Shown one piece after another: positions 38,156 to 50,000 of a DNA stretch of 64,000 nt; the stretch's first letter is position 1; each line of letters starts with the position of its first letter. A model generated the notes under the pieces. It was given only the letters and a program-made list of their open reading frames with translations. It had not been told where the DNA came from and ran no database searches. Source of the stretch: Epithemia pelagica (taxonomy: Eukaryota > Protista > Bacillariophyta); NCBI GenBank assembly GCA_946965045.2, contig OX337233.1, forward strand, positions 1,736,001 through 1,800,000, written 5' to 3'. Both the position numbers and the translations under genes were made by a program.

Positions 38156-39269
38156 ATGATGAAGAATCTACAGATCATGGTTCATCTGCTACCACCCTTC
38201 TCAAAAGAAACTTGCCCCGGAAGGCAAGAAAGGAACCCACCGTCAAATCCGTATCGAATGCGACATTTTCCAAGAAACGTCTACCTCGCCGGAAACAACC
38301 GGCACGAAAAACGTTGGGAAACTGGGAACCAGATACGTCGGAAAACACCCGCAAGGAAAACAGTGCGCGGGGGTTCTTGGCACCCAAGTGATGGACCATC
38401 ATCTTCTGCCCATGGTGGTTCGGAAACTCCCAATATTGCCAGAAAAGTAGCTGCAAACAACTCTCAAGGACCAGGAATTCATATCAAAGAACCAGCACGA
38501 ACAAATAGCTCTTTGAGCACTCACAAAATGGTCGTTGATGAATTCATCTCCTTAGTGGAAAGTATTTCTGATCGGACTCGAGACAGTAAATCACCCTCAC
38601 CAATTTGTCCTTCCTGTCTTGTTTTCGGAAGAGACCCTTACCACATCTTCGGGAGTGATGGACACCTGTGTAGTATCTGCTGCCACGGATGTGGTATAAA
38701 CCATTATCGATGGGAACACCTCAGGGATGATTACAAATGCCGCTCGTTTCTATACCAGGACAAAAAAATGGGGCAAGAACACGAAGAAGCTTTTGACAGA
38801 GACTGCCGATGGCATTGACAGCGTTAAACGCATCATAACCGAACTCCCAGACGTTTGTAAATCTTGTTTACGTCCAAACATGACCGGAATCAATCAATGC
38901 CCAAACCTTGGTTCGTTATGTTTCACTTCTCCGAATAAATACTTTGTTTGGCGGTTTTGTGCCCTGGTGAGGGATGCCATATTTACACAGAAAGAAAAGG
39001 GTGATGATTATGTACCGCCTCTACACTCTACGGAAATTCTACGGCATATGCGAAAACTCATACAGAGTTCGATTCTCCATGCATGGAAGGAGGTGGGACA
39101 CACCTATTACCAATCACACAAAGAGTTTTCACCATTCTCACACGATTCTGGAGAAGAAACATGGTCGAAGTGGTTATTCTCTTGTCCACCGAACAGAGGA
39201 TTTTACAATTACATGTTCATCTTCAACGTGTGTTACAAGGCATGCATGTCCGAGGTGGTCGACAAATAG
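38156..39269 (+). pseudogene. Unknown Cys-rich protein, copy B (one frameshift ~38765)
   Basis: CPSC...HIFG..GHLCSICCHGCG then VCKSCLRP...SPNKYFVWRFC...SKWL...FYNYM, collinear with copy A; shift at an A7/G4 run. Confidence 0.7.
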
Positions 39270-39917
39270 GGGTCGAAGACCTGCCCAAAAGAATGATTTC
39301 TTCGGACAAACAAGGGAGAACAATTCAAATCTATATATCGTCGTAAAAACCCATTCCTTTAAGTTCCAGTAAAACCACAAAACCTCCTTCTCTTAAGTCC
39401 GTGCAGTAATTATCTTTCTAGCCAGTTGCATTCACATTCGAATTCTTTACTCTTGATTAGGAGACTCTTGCTGACGGACTCTTGCTTATGAGACTCTTGC
39501 TTAGGAGCTTCTTGCTAGTCTGTGTCGTGCTTCTTATTTGGCAGTCCATACCTAACACCCAACAGGTCTATTGCCTTGTCCACATCCTCCATTGGAATTA
39601 TATCTGAAAGCCAATGAACGCTACATGTATCATCATGCAGTGCTCATGGGTTTTGCCTCAGATTATCTAAGTCCAATCAAGGAAGTGTACAAGGTAATAG
39701 GATCTGAAGGGGTTGCAGAGGTGTACTTTGGAGACCCTTGCCATACCGAGTGTGAATTCCTCATCTTTCAAGGATTAGGGTAAATGGGCTTACGACAACA
39801 TTCAAATCTACCAAACAATGGAGCTAGAAACCATATTCTCTTCATAGCTTCAACGGCAATTCTCGGTGAAGCGTTCCAAGACTCAATAGAAGCGCTAGTG
39901 ACAGCGTTCACCGTGGC

Positions 39918-41489
39918 TTACTCCAAATCCTTGGGCGGTTCCGAATCCTTACTAGGTGGTGCGGCTTGTTTCTGGTCAGTCATGTTCAAGTCCTCAGCGG
40001 CAATCGCTTGCTCCGAATCCATATTCAAGTCCTCAACGGCAATGGCCTGCTCCGAATCCTTAGGTGGTTCCGCTTGCTGCTTTGAGTCCACCTGGATTCT
40101 AGGTGGTGCGGCTTGTTTCTGGTCAGTCATGTTCAAGTCCTCAGCGGCAATCGCTTGCTCCGAATCCATGTTCAAGTCCTCAACGGCAATGGCCTGCTCC
40201 GAATCCTTAGGTGGTTCCGCTTGTTGCTTTGAGTCCACCTCACGAGTTGCGGTAGCAGTCGCTTGCTCCGTGGCTTGCTCCGAATCCTTAGGTGGATGAT
40301 TTGTGGCAGTGGCATGAGTTGTGGCAATGGCTTGCTCCGAATCCTTAGGTGGGTCCGCCTGCAGCTTTGGATCCTTTGGTTGGTCCTCGTCCATGGCAAC
40401 GGCTTGAGTTGTGGCTTGTTTCCGGTCGGCCATGTTCAAGTCCTCAGCTGCAATGACCCGCTCCGAATCCTTCGGAGGTTCTGTCTGCTTCTCTGAATTC
40501 GAGTCCTCCCCGTCTTGCATCCGATCCGTTGCCTGTTCAGAATCCTTAGGTGGTTCCACTTGCTGCTTTGAGTCCACCTCACGAGTTGCGGCTGCACTCG
40601 CTTGCTCTGTGGCTTGCTCCGAATCCTTAGGTGGATGATTTGCGGCAGTGGCATGAGTTGTTGCAATGGCTTGCTCCGAATCCTTAGGAGGTTCCGCCTG
40701 CAGCTTTGAATCCTTTGGTAGGTCCTCATTGGCATGAGTTGTTGCAATGGCTTGCTCCGAATCCTTAGGTGGTTCCGCCTGCAGCTTTGAATCCTTTGGT
40801 AGGTCCTCATCCATGGCAATGGCATGAGTTACGGCATTGGCTTGCTCAGAATCCTTCGGTGGTTCTGTCTGCTTCTCTGAATTCGAGTCCTCCCCATCTT
40901 GCATCCGATCCGTTGCCTGTTCAGAATCCTTCGGTGGTTCTGTCCGCTGCTTAGAGTCCACCCCATGAGTGGCGGCTGCAGTCGCTTGCTCCATGGCTTG
41001 CTCCTCATCCTTAGGTGGATGATTTGCGGCAATGGCAGGAGTTGTGGCAGTGGCTTGCTCCGAATCCTTAGGTGGTTCTGCAGTCGCTTGCTCCGTGGCT
41101 TGCTCAGAATCCTTAGTCGTGGCAGTGGCTTGCTCCAAATCCTTAGGTGGTTCTGCAGTCGCTTGCTCCGTGGCTTGCTCCGAATCCTTAGGTGGATGAT
41201 ATGCAGCAGTGGCAGGTGGATGATTTGCGGCAGTGGCATGAGTTGTGGCAGTGGCTTGCTCCGAATCCTTAGGTGGTTCTGCCTCCCGCTTTGAATCCTT
41301 TGGTAGGTCCTTGTCCATGGCAACGACATGAGTTACTGCATTGGCTTGCTCAGAATCCTTAGCGGCTTGTTTCCGGTTCGGACACTCCGTGACAGCCAGG
41401 TTCGACTCCACTTGATTAGAATCGGTTGTGGCCTGCTTCTCGTCGTGGTCATCTCCCAACTCTCTTTTCTCATTCACTGTTGCGTTCAA
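39918..41489 (-). repeat. Coding repeat tract (PPKDSEQA-type units)
   Basis: 17 PPKD motifs with higher-order block duplications; acidic and Ala/Thr-rich. Confidence 0.9.
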
Positions 41490-42130
41490 TGACCTTGCGT
41501 TCGCCCCCCAAAACTAACCAATCGTATGTCCGTCCTGTTTTGTATGAGTATGAACTGACGTTCCATGTCGGATAATTCTCCCATCCCATGCAATGGAACA
41601 TCCGTGGAACAGACGAAGACATAGTCCACTGAATGTTGTTTCCCTATACTTGATGAGCACATTAGGTAGGACGAAATACCAATCACGTGTACTTCCTGGT
41701 TTGGTTTCAGTCCATATAGTAAATGAAACTGATGCGTCATGGATGTCATAATGACTTGCGTTCATTAGGTCACAGCTTAATAGCATGGACGTAGAGACAC
41801 CTCTCGATTCCCCACCGAGCACATCTGGGATCTTCCCTCCACAATTTGTCTCCATATGCCGTATTGCTCCTAAGACCCCAGGGAGTTTCCGCTCGCAAAA
41901 CCTTCGTACACCGCAACTTATTTTTGGTAGGACCCTTCCTGTATCCGTGGCGATTTTCAGGAGCTTGTCGGAAAATACAGTTTCTCTGTCCCCTGTTTTA
42001 GCACAAGTACCAACCGTTGTCATCAAACCTCGGTCACAAGTGTTACACCTGGCGTTGGATGCACGTTGTAGTTCGTTTCTATCAATAAACATACAAGCCC
42101 TCTCATGCATTAATGATAACAGGTTGTCAT
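41490..42130 (-). other. TET/JBP-type 2OG-Fe(II) dioxygenase domain of the giant gene
   Basis: NASHYDIHD (HxD 41745-41753), WYFVLPN, GLCLRLFHGCSIAWDGRIIRHGTS (distal His 41565-41567). Confidence 0.7.
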
Positions 42131-43879
42131 CTGATCCAACCAATGAAGTCACTTTCAGGTGAGAGATACTTTCCGGTCCTCCTTGGAATTGGCGTGTCCT
42201 TATAATGAAGACTGCATCACCAGACTCGCGTTGATCATATCGTAAGCAATTCAACTGTTCGTCATCGTCTATGTTCTGGTAGAGCGCTCCCTGGACATAC
42301 TTCCGACAACCACGTTTGTTACTTGAATTTCCAGGTTCCAGGGCCGCCCTGTATTTTACTCTGAGATCGTGTTGACCGGCCGTTTTCGAATTAGGATTCT
42401 CTGTAGTGTAAAAGTTGGGGGCAACAAGAGGCGCTCCCGATTCGATGTCGTTGAGTTGATAACATTCGTGTGTGTTTCTTGTTCTTCTAATCCAATCTAA
42501 AGACCAAACATTCTTGATGTTCTTTATGTAGGCTCCTTTTGCCGGTTGTCCATCAGAATGACGAAGACGTAACCACGACAAGGGTAATGGGACCAATGAC
42601 GACAGAGAATTTGGCAAGGCACACCCGGAATCCATTGAACGTGTTGATGTATAGAATATACCTGCCAAAGGCATGATTAGAATGATATCATGGAACAGAT
42701 GATCCTTTGATTCTTCACAATTCTCTTTTGACGTTTGGATTTGAATGACCTTGTCGTCGAATGCTGATTTCATGACACTCGGTCTCCCTCTCCGAATGCG
42801 GTTACACCTTTCTAACGTACATTCAACAAGGAAGGCACACGGGGATGAATCGACCAGATTACTAGGATTGCGTTGCTTGACGGTGAGCGACCTGTCTCGA
42901 AAGGCACAATGACTGGCTGTGTCCTCTGTATTTTCTTCAACATTCTCCTTCATACTCTCATACACTCGACTCAGTTTTCCCATTACATTCGGAAGATTGG
43001 CGGCCGACACTCCATCCCTTTTGAGTAAGTCGTTTAGACACAGTTTGAATACTATGTGGTCTTCATTACAGGCAAAACAACACGACAACAAGTTACCGAG
43101 TAGATCCATCTGCTTCTCACGGTCAATTCGTGGAGAGAACAGACACATGGCCTGATGGTCATCTTCGTTTGGTTTCGAGTACTTCATAGGAAAACCACTG
43201 GGGGTCTCTTCTTGTCTTTTTCGAAACTTCTTCAAAGTCTCTCTTGTCAAGGTTAGCTTGGATAAGCCTTTCTTTTCCACTTCTTTGTTTGTCGGTAGCA
43301 GTTTGGGATCTGTGTATTTTGTTACTTTGGTCGGTCTGTTGGTGGTTGCTTCAGAGTCGTCTTGTTCAGGTTCTCTTCTGGCACTCTTTTTCCCGTGACC
43401 ATCTGCTCCTATTTCCGGTGTAGTACCTTCCGTCAATGCCTCTGTTGTTTGTGAATCATCACAATGTCCTTGCCTAGATGCAAGCTCGCGATTAACCGAA
43501 GGGTGACTGGCACGAGATGATGGGTCGTGATTTTGGTTCCATCTATTCGAACCGCTCCGTTCATGAGTATGCGAACTATGATCATCCCACCCTGGCCTGT
43601 GTCCACCGGTAGACATGCGTTCTCTTTGATCACTATTTGCGGAATAACGACCGTCATTGTTTCTTCTTTGGTTTATAGCGGGCGACTCTCTTCTCTCCCG
43701 GTAAGTCCACCGGTTCAGAGGAGGACTCCTATAAGTGGATGAAGGATGGTAGTCGTCAGTATGATTTGGTCTCCAATCATGATATGAAGATCAATTTATG
43801 TTGTGTGATCCATGGTTGTGACGTCTATCACAGTCCAGAGAACCACCACTATTCTTCCACCGGTTGAAATTAGGACTTG

Positions 43880-44119
43880 CGCTTCCTGTTCTCATTGTCG
43901 TTTCACCTTGTGACGGACAACAGCCCCACCCATCCGATGTGCTTCCTGTTCTCATTGTCGGTTCACCTTGTGACGGACGACAGCCCCACCCATCCGATGT
44001 GCTTCCTGTTCTCATTGTCGGTCCACCTTGTGACAGACGACAGCCCCACCCATCCGATGTGCTTGCTGTTGTCTTTGTCGGTCCACCTTGTGATGGACGA
44101 CAGTTCCAACCGTCTGATG
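43880..44119. repeat. 60-bp tandem repeat x4 encoding SDGWG units on the minus strand
   Basis: gcttcctgttctcattgtcg...cagccccacccatccgatgt at period 60. Confidence 0.95.
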
Positions 44120-44629
44120 GAACAGAAACACCCGGTACTGCTGTTGGGTTCTTCGCAAGTCCCCAAGTCTGTCCACTTTGTGATGGCCCTGACACTCCTC
44201 TCATTGGTTTTTCCCTACTCCCCAAGAATCTTGTTGTGAGTTCAGTTCTCTGGACATATTATTATTACTGCTCACAGATCCCCATGATGAAGACACTGAT
44301 ACACTTGGATTCATAGCGGAAGTATTTTCGGTATTCCTTCCCCAAGTGAACGGACTGGCATGACGAGAATGAGATGCACTTGCTACTCCAGTGACCTCTC
44401 TCTTCCCACATGTCGATATTCCTGTCAAATTGGAAGAACAATTTTGCTCTCTAGATCCTGTCGCACGATTCTGTGTACTAATTGTTGGCGGTTCCTCTAA
44501 ATTGATCACAACGTCAGTTGTCGGTGAAGGTGGCGGTTTATATTCTCGTTTGTGTGTCACGATACTGACGATACCATCTTCATTGATTCCATTCAATGCA
44601 TCGAAATACTTAAGATGTCTGATTGTATC

Positions 44630-45045
44630 TCGACACTTGGGGCATGTCTTGTTACTTTGTCCTTCCTATTTAACCACTCTCCTATACACTGTCGACAGAA
44701 GCAATGATCACAGTCCTTGATCCGACAATCCACAAATCTGTCCTCACACACCATGCAAACTTGGGGCATGTAACTCTCGACAGTGACATCTGTAGCTTTT
44801 GGCTTCCCCCCTTCAGATCCAATAGGATTTGATATCTTCTTACTAACCACAGAGGTCTTATCTCTAGAAGAACCGAAAAGATGCTCGTTACCAGTGATCT
44901 TCTTGTTGCACTTGGGGCAAGTCACGCTATGATGTCGAAACCAAATTCGAAGGCAACTTCCATGTACCTTGTGTCCACACGGGTACAACGAACAAACCTT
45001 GTCATCATTTTTCGTTTTCAAGGGACGTTGACACAACACACAACA
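44630..45045 (-). other. Tandem RING-H2 and RING (C3HC4) fingers
   Basis: CVLC...CGHKVHGSC...CPKC; CMVC...CDHCFCRQC...(frameshift) CPKC. Confidence 0.85.
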
Positions 45046-47679
45046 CTGCTTCCATGTTGTGTCCTCGTCGAGAGTAGTTTGGACAACCTTTTTCGTCTCG
45101 CAAAGAACCGCGAGCTGTTCAAGCGACTCTTTTGGGCAAAGCGAGTAGTTAGGTACGTAACGCAGCACATCTGCCTCGTTGCTGAAGACATCAGAACAAC
45201 CTCCATCAGACAAGCTTCCTCTTAGACTTCTCTCGTTATTGTAAGCGTCCCAATTCTGTGAATCACCGATTTTGTCGACACTCTTCCTCACTCTGGAACA
45301 TAGCGTTAAGGGTCTAAATTCATTGTCTTCCAGAGCCATTTCAATCCCCCTAGCGAACTCGCAGTTGTATCTGATTTGATTTGATTTCCAAGAGGTGGTT
45401 GGTCTCATTGTCGAATCTACTTCCCCATACTTGCGGTGTTTCCCATGTGGACGATCCAGCAGTAGATCCCCAAGAAAGCGCACCACAATTGCTTGGGGCA
45501 TCGGTTTTGGTCCTGATCCTGATGGCTTGGGCATCTGAACAGTCCGGTATGTCCAGTCCTCCGCATCAGTAATATCACCCTGGTCCTCCCAGGGTTTCAG
45601 AATTGCACTATTTCCGTCCTTATCGACGATACTCCATTTCTTCAGGATGTATTCACACGTTCCTTTCCAAAAGGTAGGGGAGCGGTTGTTGACAGGCTCA
45701 AAGATATGACAGATCTTCTTCGAAAACTCACATACCAACAATGCCGGATCAGTTATGTCATGTAAGGAAGTTGTAGCAACGATCACCAGTAAAGTCGTTA
45801 CACCTTCTACCTTCCAAGACTCAATAGGTATGGGATTTAGCATATCATCAGACTCTAGAGCTGTTGTTGCCACCCTGTCAACATAGACGCGTTCACTGTG
45901 ATAGCGATGCACCATAAGTTTAATGCAAGTATCGAATGATGTTGCATCAAGTCCGAGTCGTCCTTTATTGCAAATCAGATCGCGACGACGATTGCGATGT
46001 GGGATATGTAACACATGGGATGCCGATAGGATATCGTCGTTGATCAATCCACTGAATTTCTTGCACTTTTTACAACAAAAGACCACTTGGATATCAACTT
46101 CGGTATTTGGAATCTCTAGACCTGAAGCATAGTTAGTCGCCAATTTCATAAAGGTTTGGAGTTGCTCTTGTAGCATTTCCGAGTCATCTTTCGCAAATTT
46201 AACAAGATAGTTGTCGCCAATGTTGTCTAACGGTTCATCAGATTGTAATGAATCAGTCGACCGAATGTGTGGCAAGGGATCTTGTACTTGGGGAACTTCT
46301 ATGAATGAAACTGATGGTGATGGAATTCGAGTCTGTTGTCCACCTTCTATCGGAATCACTTGGACAGGAGGTGGTGGTGCCGATTTACGCTTCAGTGCTA
46401 TTCTGTTGAAGGTTTCATGTCGGTTACCAGTTGCCAATGTCGTAGGTTTGTCACTATCTGTCACGCTTTAAGTCGGTTGGGAAGGGAGTGCCGGCCTCTT
46501 GGAATCCTTGCGTGAATCGCGTTCACTCTCCACAGTCTTCGTTCTGCTTTTCCGTGTCGAAGGTGTTACATGGTCCGTAACCGAAGCATGGCGTCTACTG
46601 GCTGCAACCTCTTTCAATTTCCTGGAGGATAAGGATTCCTGTTTCTCATAGAATGACGCTACGATATAAAACATCCCATTGGTATTCGTCGTAGAGGCCT
46701 TGTTTTTCATCCTTTCTTGAAGCGAATCACGTTCATCAATATATTGATTGAACCAAGTATCTGGCATGGTATAAAGCAGCGCCTGTTCCATTTCAATATC
46801 AGTGAGAAATGGCTTTCCGTCATCTGCCTGGAGTATGGAATAGATCTGTTTCATATGCTCCAGGGCCCAGGTAACCTTCGAGGTTGGAACGGATCGAGGT
46901 TTTCGGTACTGAGAGACATCTCCAATCAGGTAATTCTTGAGTGAAAGAGCAACACGACCAAGTCCACTTTCATCCCCAGCAAATATCCCATGATGACTGA
47001 GGAAATGTCGGAAAACATCCATCAGGCTAGTATAATCGGCATATTGACATGAGGAATCAGGGAAGGCTTTTCTCCAAATAGAAGCACAAGATCCATATAA
47101 GGTTTTGCGGAAAAGAGATACCGTAGTCTTCAATGTAACACTGTTATCCTCTTCCATTTCTGAAATAAGTCGTTGGAGACAGTATGCCGTGTGACAGCAC
47201 AAATCTACCAAGGCAGTAGCATCACAAATTGGTAGATAGACATGGACTTGGTTGGTACCCTGCGACATAGAGACCGTCGAAAATTTTCCTGTTTCAGGAC
47301 CACATACACACTCATACCAATACAACATATTCTCGAAATTGATCGGAGACTCGAGGCAATCAGCATCTACTGTTCCCGGATGTACACTCGGACGAGTAGT
47401 AACCGGTGTAGTCGTATCTGCCAGTCGTCCCGATCGACTGCCACAGTGTCCCTCAGATCTCGTTTGTTCCCTCGAAATACTTTGTTCCGAAGCTCTGGCG
47501 TGAGTATCCCGATGGGGAGAAGGGGGGTTCTTGTACCGTGGTCCTTTCACAGCTTTTCTCCTTCCTGCCATGATCACAGAGAAAGATTTCAGATGGAGAA
47601 TGTCCCAAGATCCGATGTAGGGGCCTTTTGTTCGTAAGGCTTATCTTCAACGGACCAAGTCTCAAAATCCGATGTCGGC

Positions 47680-49185
47680 AGGACTAGGGAGAGAGATCCA
47701 GGAACTTCCTTGACGAAGCACTCTTGTTGTAGCGTATCCTCGCAGTAGTCTTCTAGATGGAACTTCCTTAAAAAAGCGCCTTTGTTGTAGCGTCTTCTTC
47801 CAATGACCAGGTAAGGAAGAATCAGAAGCCCGATTAGCCTCTTCCTATCAACACGACAAAGTCCAATGTCGGCCTTTTGTTGGTAGTGTCTTCTGTGGAG
47901 TACACAGGACTAGGGAGAGAGGAGGTCCAGGAACTTAGCGCTTTTGTTGTAGCGTATCCTCGTAGTAGTCTTCTAGATGGAACTTCCTCAAAGAAGCGCT
48001 TTTGTTGTAGCGTCTTCTCCCAACGACCGCGCAACGAAGAATCAGAAGCCCGATTAGCTTCTTCCTCTTAACACCACAAATTAGGAAGAGCGAGCTACTT
48101 GTGCAGCTCTAGGAAGCGCTTTTGTTGTAGCGTCTTCCACGAACAATCGTCGTCTTCTTAGTGGAGAAGGAGTGTGGAAGAATCTGAAGCACTTTAGTTA
48201 TAGTTTCGACAGATTCACTTCGATCTCTCAACAACACCAAGTAGAAAACAAGGGCGAGGAACTCTACCCTTCAAGCTGCTCCACCCCCAGAGGAAGCGCT
48301 TTTGTTATAGCGTCTTCCAGTGGACAACCACAGTCTCGTATCAAGTGGAGAGGTAACAGGATAGCAGAAGCACTTTTATTGTAGTGTCGACCGGATTCCT
48401 TCCCTCGTATCCACCCAACGTGGAACAGTGATCTATCCCTGAGGGGGGTGCTCTTCGTCTTCCCTCTTCGACCCTTGGAAAAAATCAGGGTAGAGCAACC
48501 GGTTAGTACCGTGTTCACTCAGCTTGCTTTGACCTGTCCTGATTTTCACAAGAATCTTAGAGGTAGTATCTGGACTTGACGAGTACTAGCAAAAAGACTT
48601 GAGGGGCCAAAAGTCGCTTTGATTGTAGCGGTAACTTTAATAGTGCCCCCAAGTTGTTTCTTGTACACTGGACTGTTGCTTGTTTTCGAATGATGTCGGA
48701 AGGCGGTCGATTGGAATAGTAATGGGCGATTCAACAATCAAATATTGTCTTCTTCCTTTCTTCTGACGATTGAGATTTGTAGGGAAACAAGGAGAAGAGA
48801 AGGAGAATCAAGAAGTGGACCAAGTCGAAGTCGCTTTGATTGTAGCGGTTACTTTCGTGGTTTCGACTTGCTTGCGATCAGAAAGAACAAGAGGATGATT
48901 CAACAATCAAAATAGAGTCTTCTTCCTTGCTTCTGGTGGTTGCGATTTTCAGGGAAAGGAGGTGGAAAAGGAGGGAGAATCGAATGAGAGCTCTGTCAGA
49001 ATTCTGCACCAGTGGTAACGTTTGTGTCCTCTCTTGCTTGTTTTGATGATCAATCAAACAATAGGATGATTCAACAATCAAAGAGATACTTCTTCTATGC
49101 TTCTGGCGGTTGAGGTTTTCAGGGAAAGGGGAAGAAGAAGAGACAATAAAAACAAACCGATTCAAAAGTCGCTTTGATTGTAGCG
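47680..49185. promoter_or_regulatory. Upstream region of the giant gene with eight CGCT-N8-AGCG motifs and a ~170-bp duplication
   Basis: Motif at 47777 (variant CGCC), 47939, 47997, 48117, 48297, 48615, 48832, 49170; duplicated block ~47680 / ~47905. A regulatory role is inferred. Confidence 0.45.
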
Positions 49186-49871
49186 ATTACTTTCTTCTTT
49201 CTCCTTCCTTGTACACTGGAATTGCTCCTTGTTGATTCCGAATTGAATTGAAGATCGAATAGAAGTGGGAGAGAAAAGGATTGAACAATCAAACTCTCAA
49301 TGAGACGTTTTGGGGGGAACACCGTGTTTCTCTGCTAAGAAACAACAAACGAATGGGTAAGAGAGGCTGGTTGTTATGGGGAGATTCGATGATCTCTTGT
49401 TTCTACTTACCGTTGTTCTATTTGTGTCAGGTTCCTTCGGGGTCTTTTGTATCAAGAAGGTTGTTGTTGTTGTTGTTGTTGTTGTTGATGCTCTTGTGTT
49501 TTTTGTTGTGTTTTGAGCAGCAGGGAAAAAAGAGAGGATCGGATGGAGGGAGATGAATGAGTAACGTGGTTGGTTGTTGGTTGTTAGGTTGTAATAGGAA
49601 TTCGTTGATATTACATGTAGTGGCAGTATTTCTCAGCGGTTTACGGTTGGATTGGGGATGAGAATGTCTTGGACATTCTCTGGGACATGTCATGGCGTCA
49701 GAGTTTCTGGCAGCTGCAGTTGTGACGTGTGTGGTCGCGTTTTCTCGTGTAGGTGATGGACAGACCGACTATTTGGTCTCGTTTCAATTGTAGGTGACGG
49801 ACAGACCGACTAGCGCCTAATTTATTGCTCGAGGTACATGTGCTATCCCTAATGTGCGCATTAATATTAGA

Positions 49872-50000
49872 AATAATGCGCATAACTGGGAAATAATGCG
49901 CATTATTTCCCAATAATGCGCATTATTTCCCAATAATGCGCGTTATTTCCCATTAATGCGCATTATTTCCCAATAATGCGCATTATTTCCCAATAATGTG
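49872..50000. repeat. 20-bp tandem array of the palindrome ATAATGCGCATTAT
   Basis: aataatgcgcattatttccc x~6-7; includes the 24-bp perfect palindrome gggaaataatgcgcattatttccc (49888-49911). Confidence 0.95.

Larger units (their letters stand above)
39918..47577 (-). pseudogene. Giant multidomain gene (~2550 codons): Gag-like / inactive Ulp1-like / RING-H2 / RING / WG-GW tract / unknown domain / TET-JBP dioxygenase / PPKDSEQA repeats
   Basis: ORFs join in frame across TAA 46468-70, TGA 43791-93 and TAG 41514-16, and across two 1-nt deletions in A-runs (~44660, which restores KTCPKCR; ~44210). Frame arithmetic checked by hand. Confidence 0.8.

Noticed and set aside
39784-41329. Plus-strand and alternate-frame ORFs over coding repeats (also 24684-25354 and 43864-44316)
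   Set aside because: Shadow ORFs of tandem repeats lacking stops.
39918-47577. Stop-codon reassignment or programmed readthrough/frameshifting in the giant gene
   Set aside because: All three stop types occur, one maps to a Trp in the paralogue, and the shifts are A-run deletions without a proper X XXY YYZ site; mutation or assembly error is simpler.
49458-49490. (GTT)n tract, 15-bp triplet repeat at ~22170-22215 and C-runs at 12021 and 17653
   Set aside because: Ordinary simple repeats.
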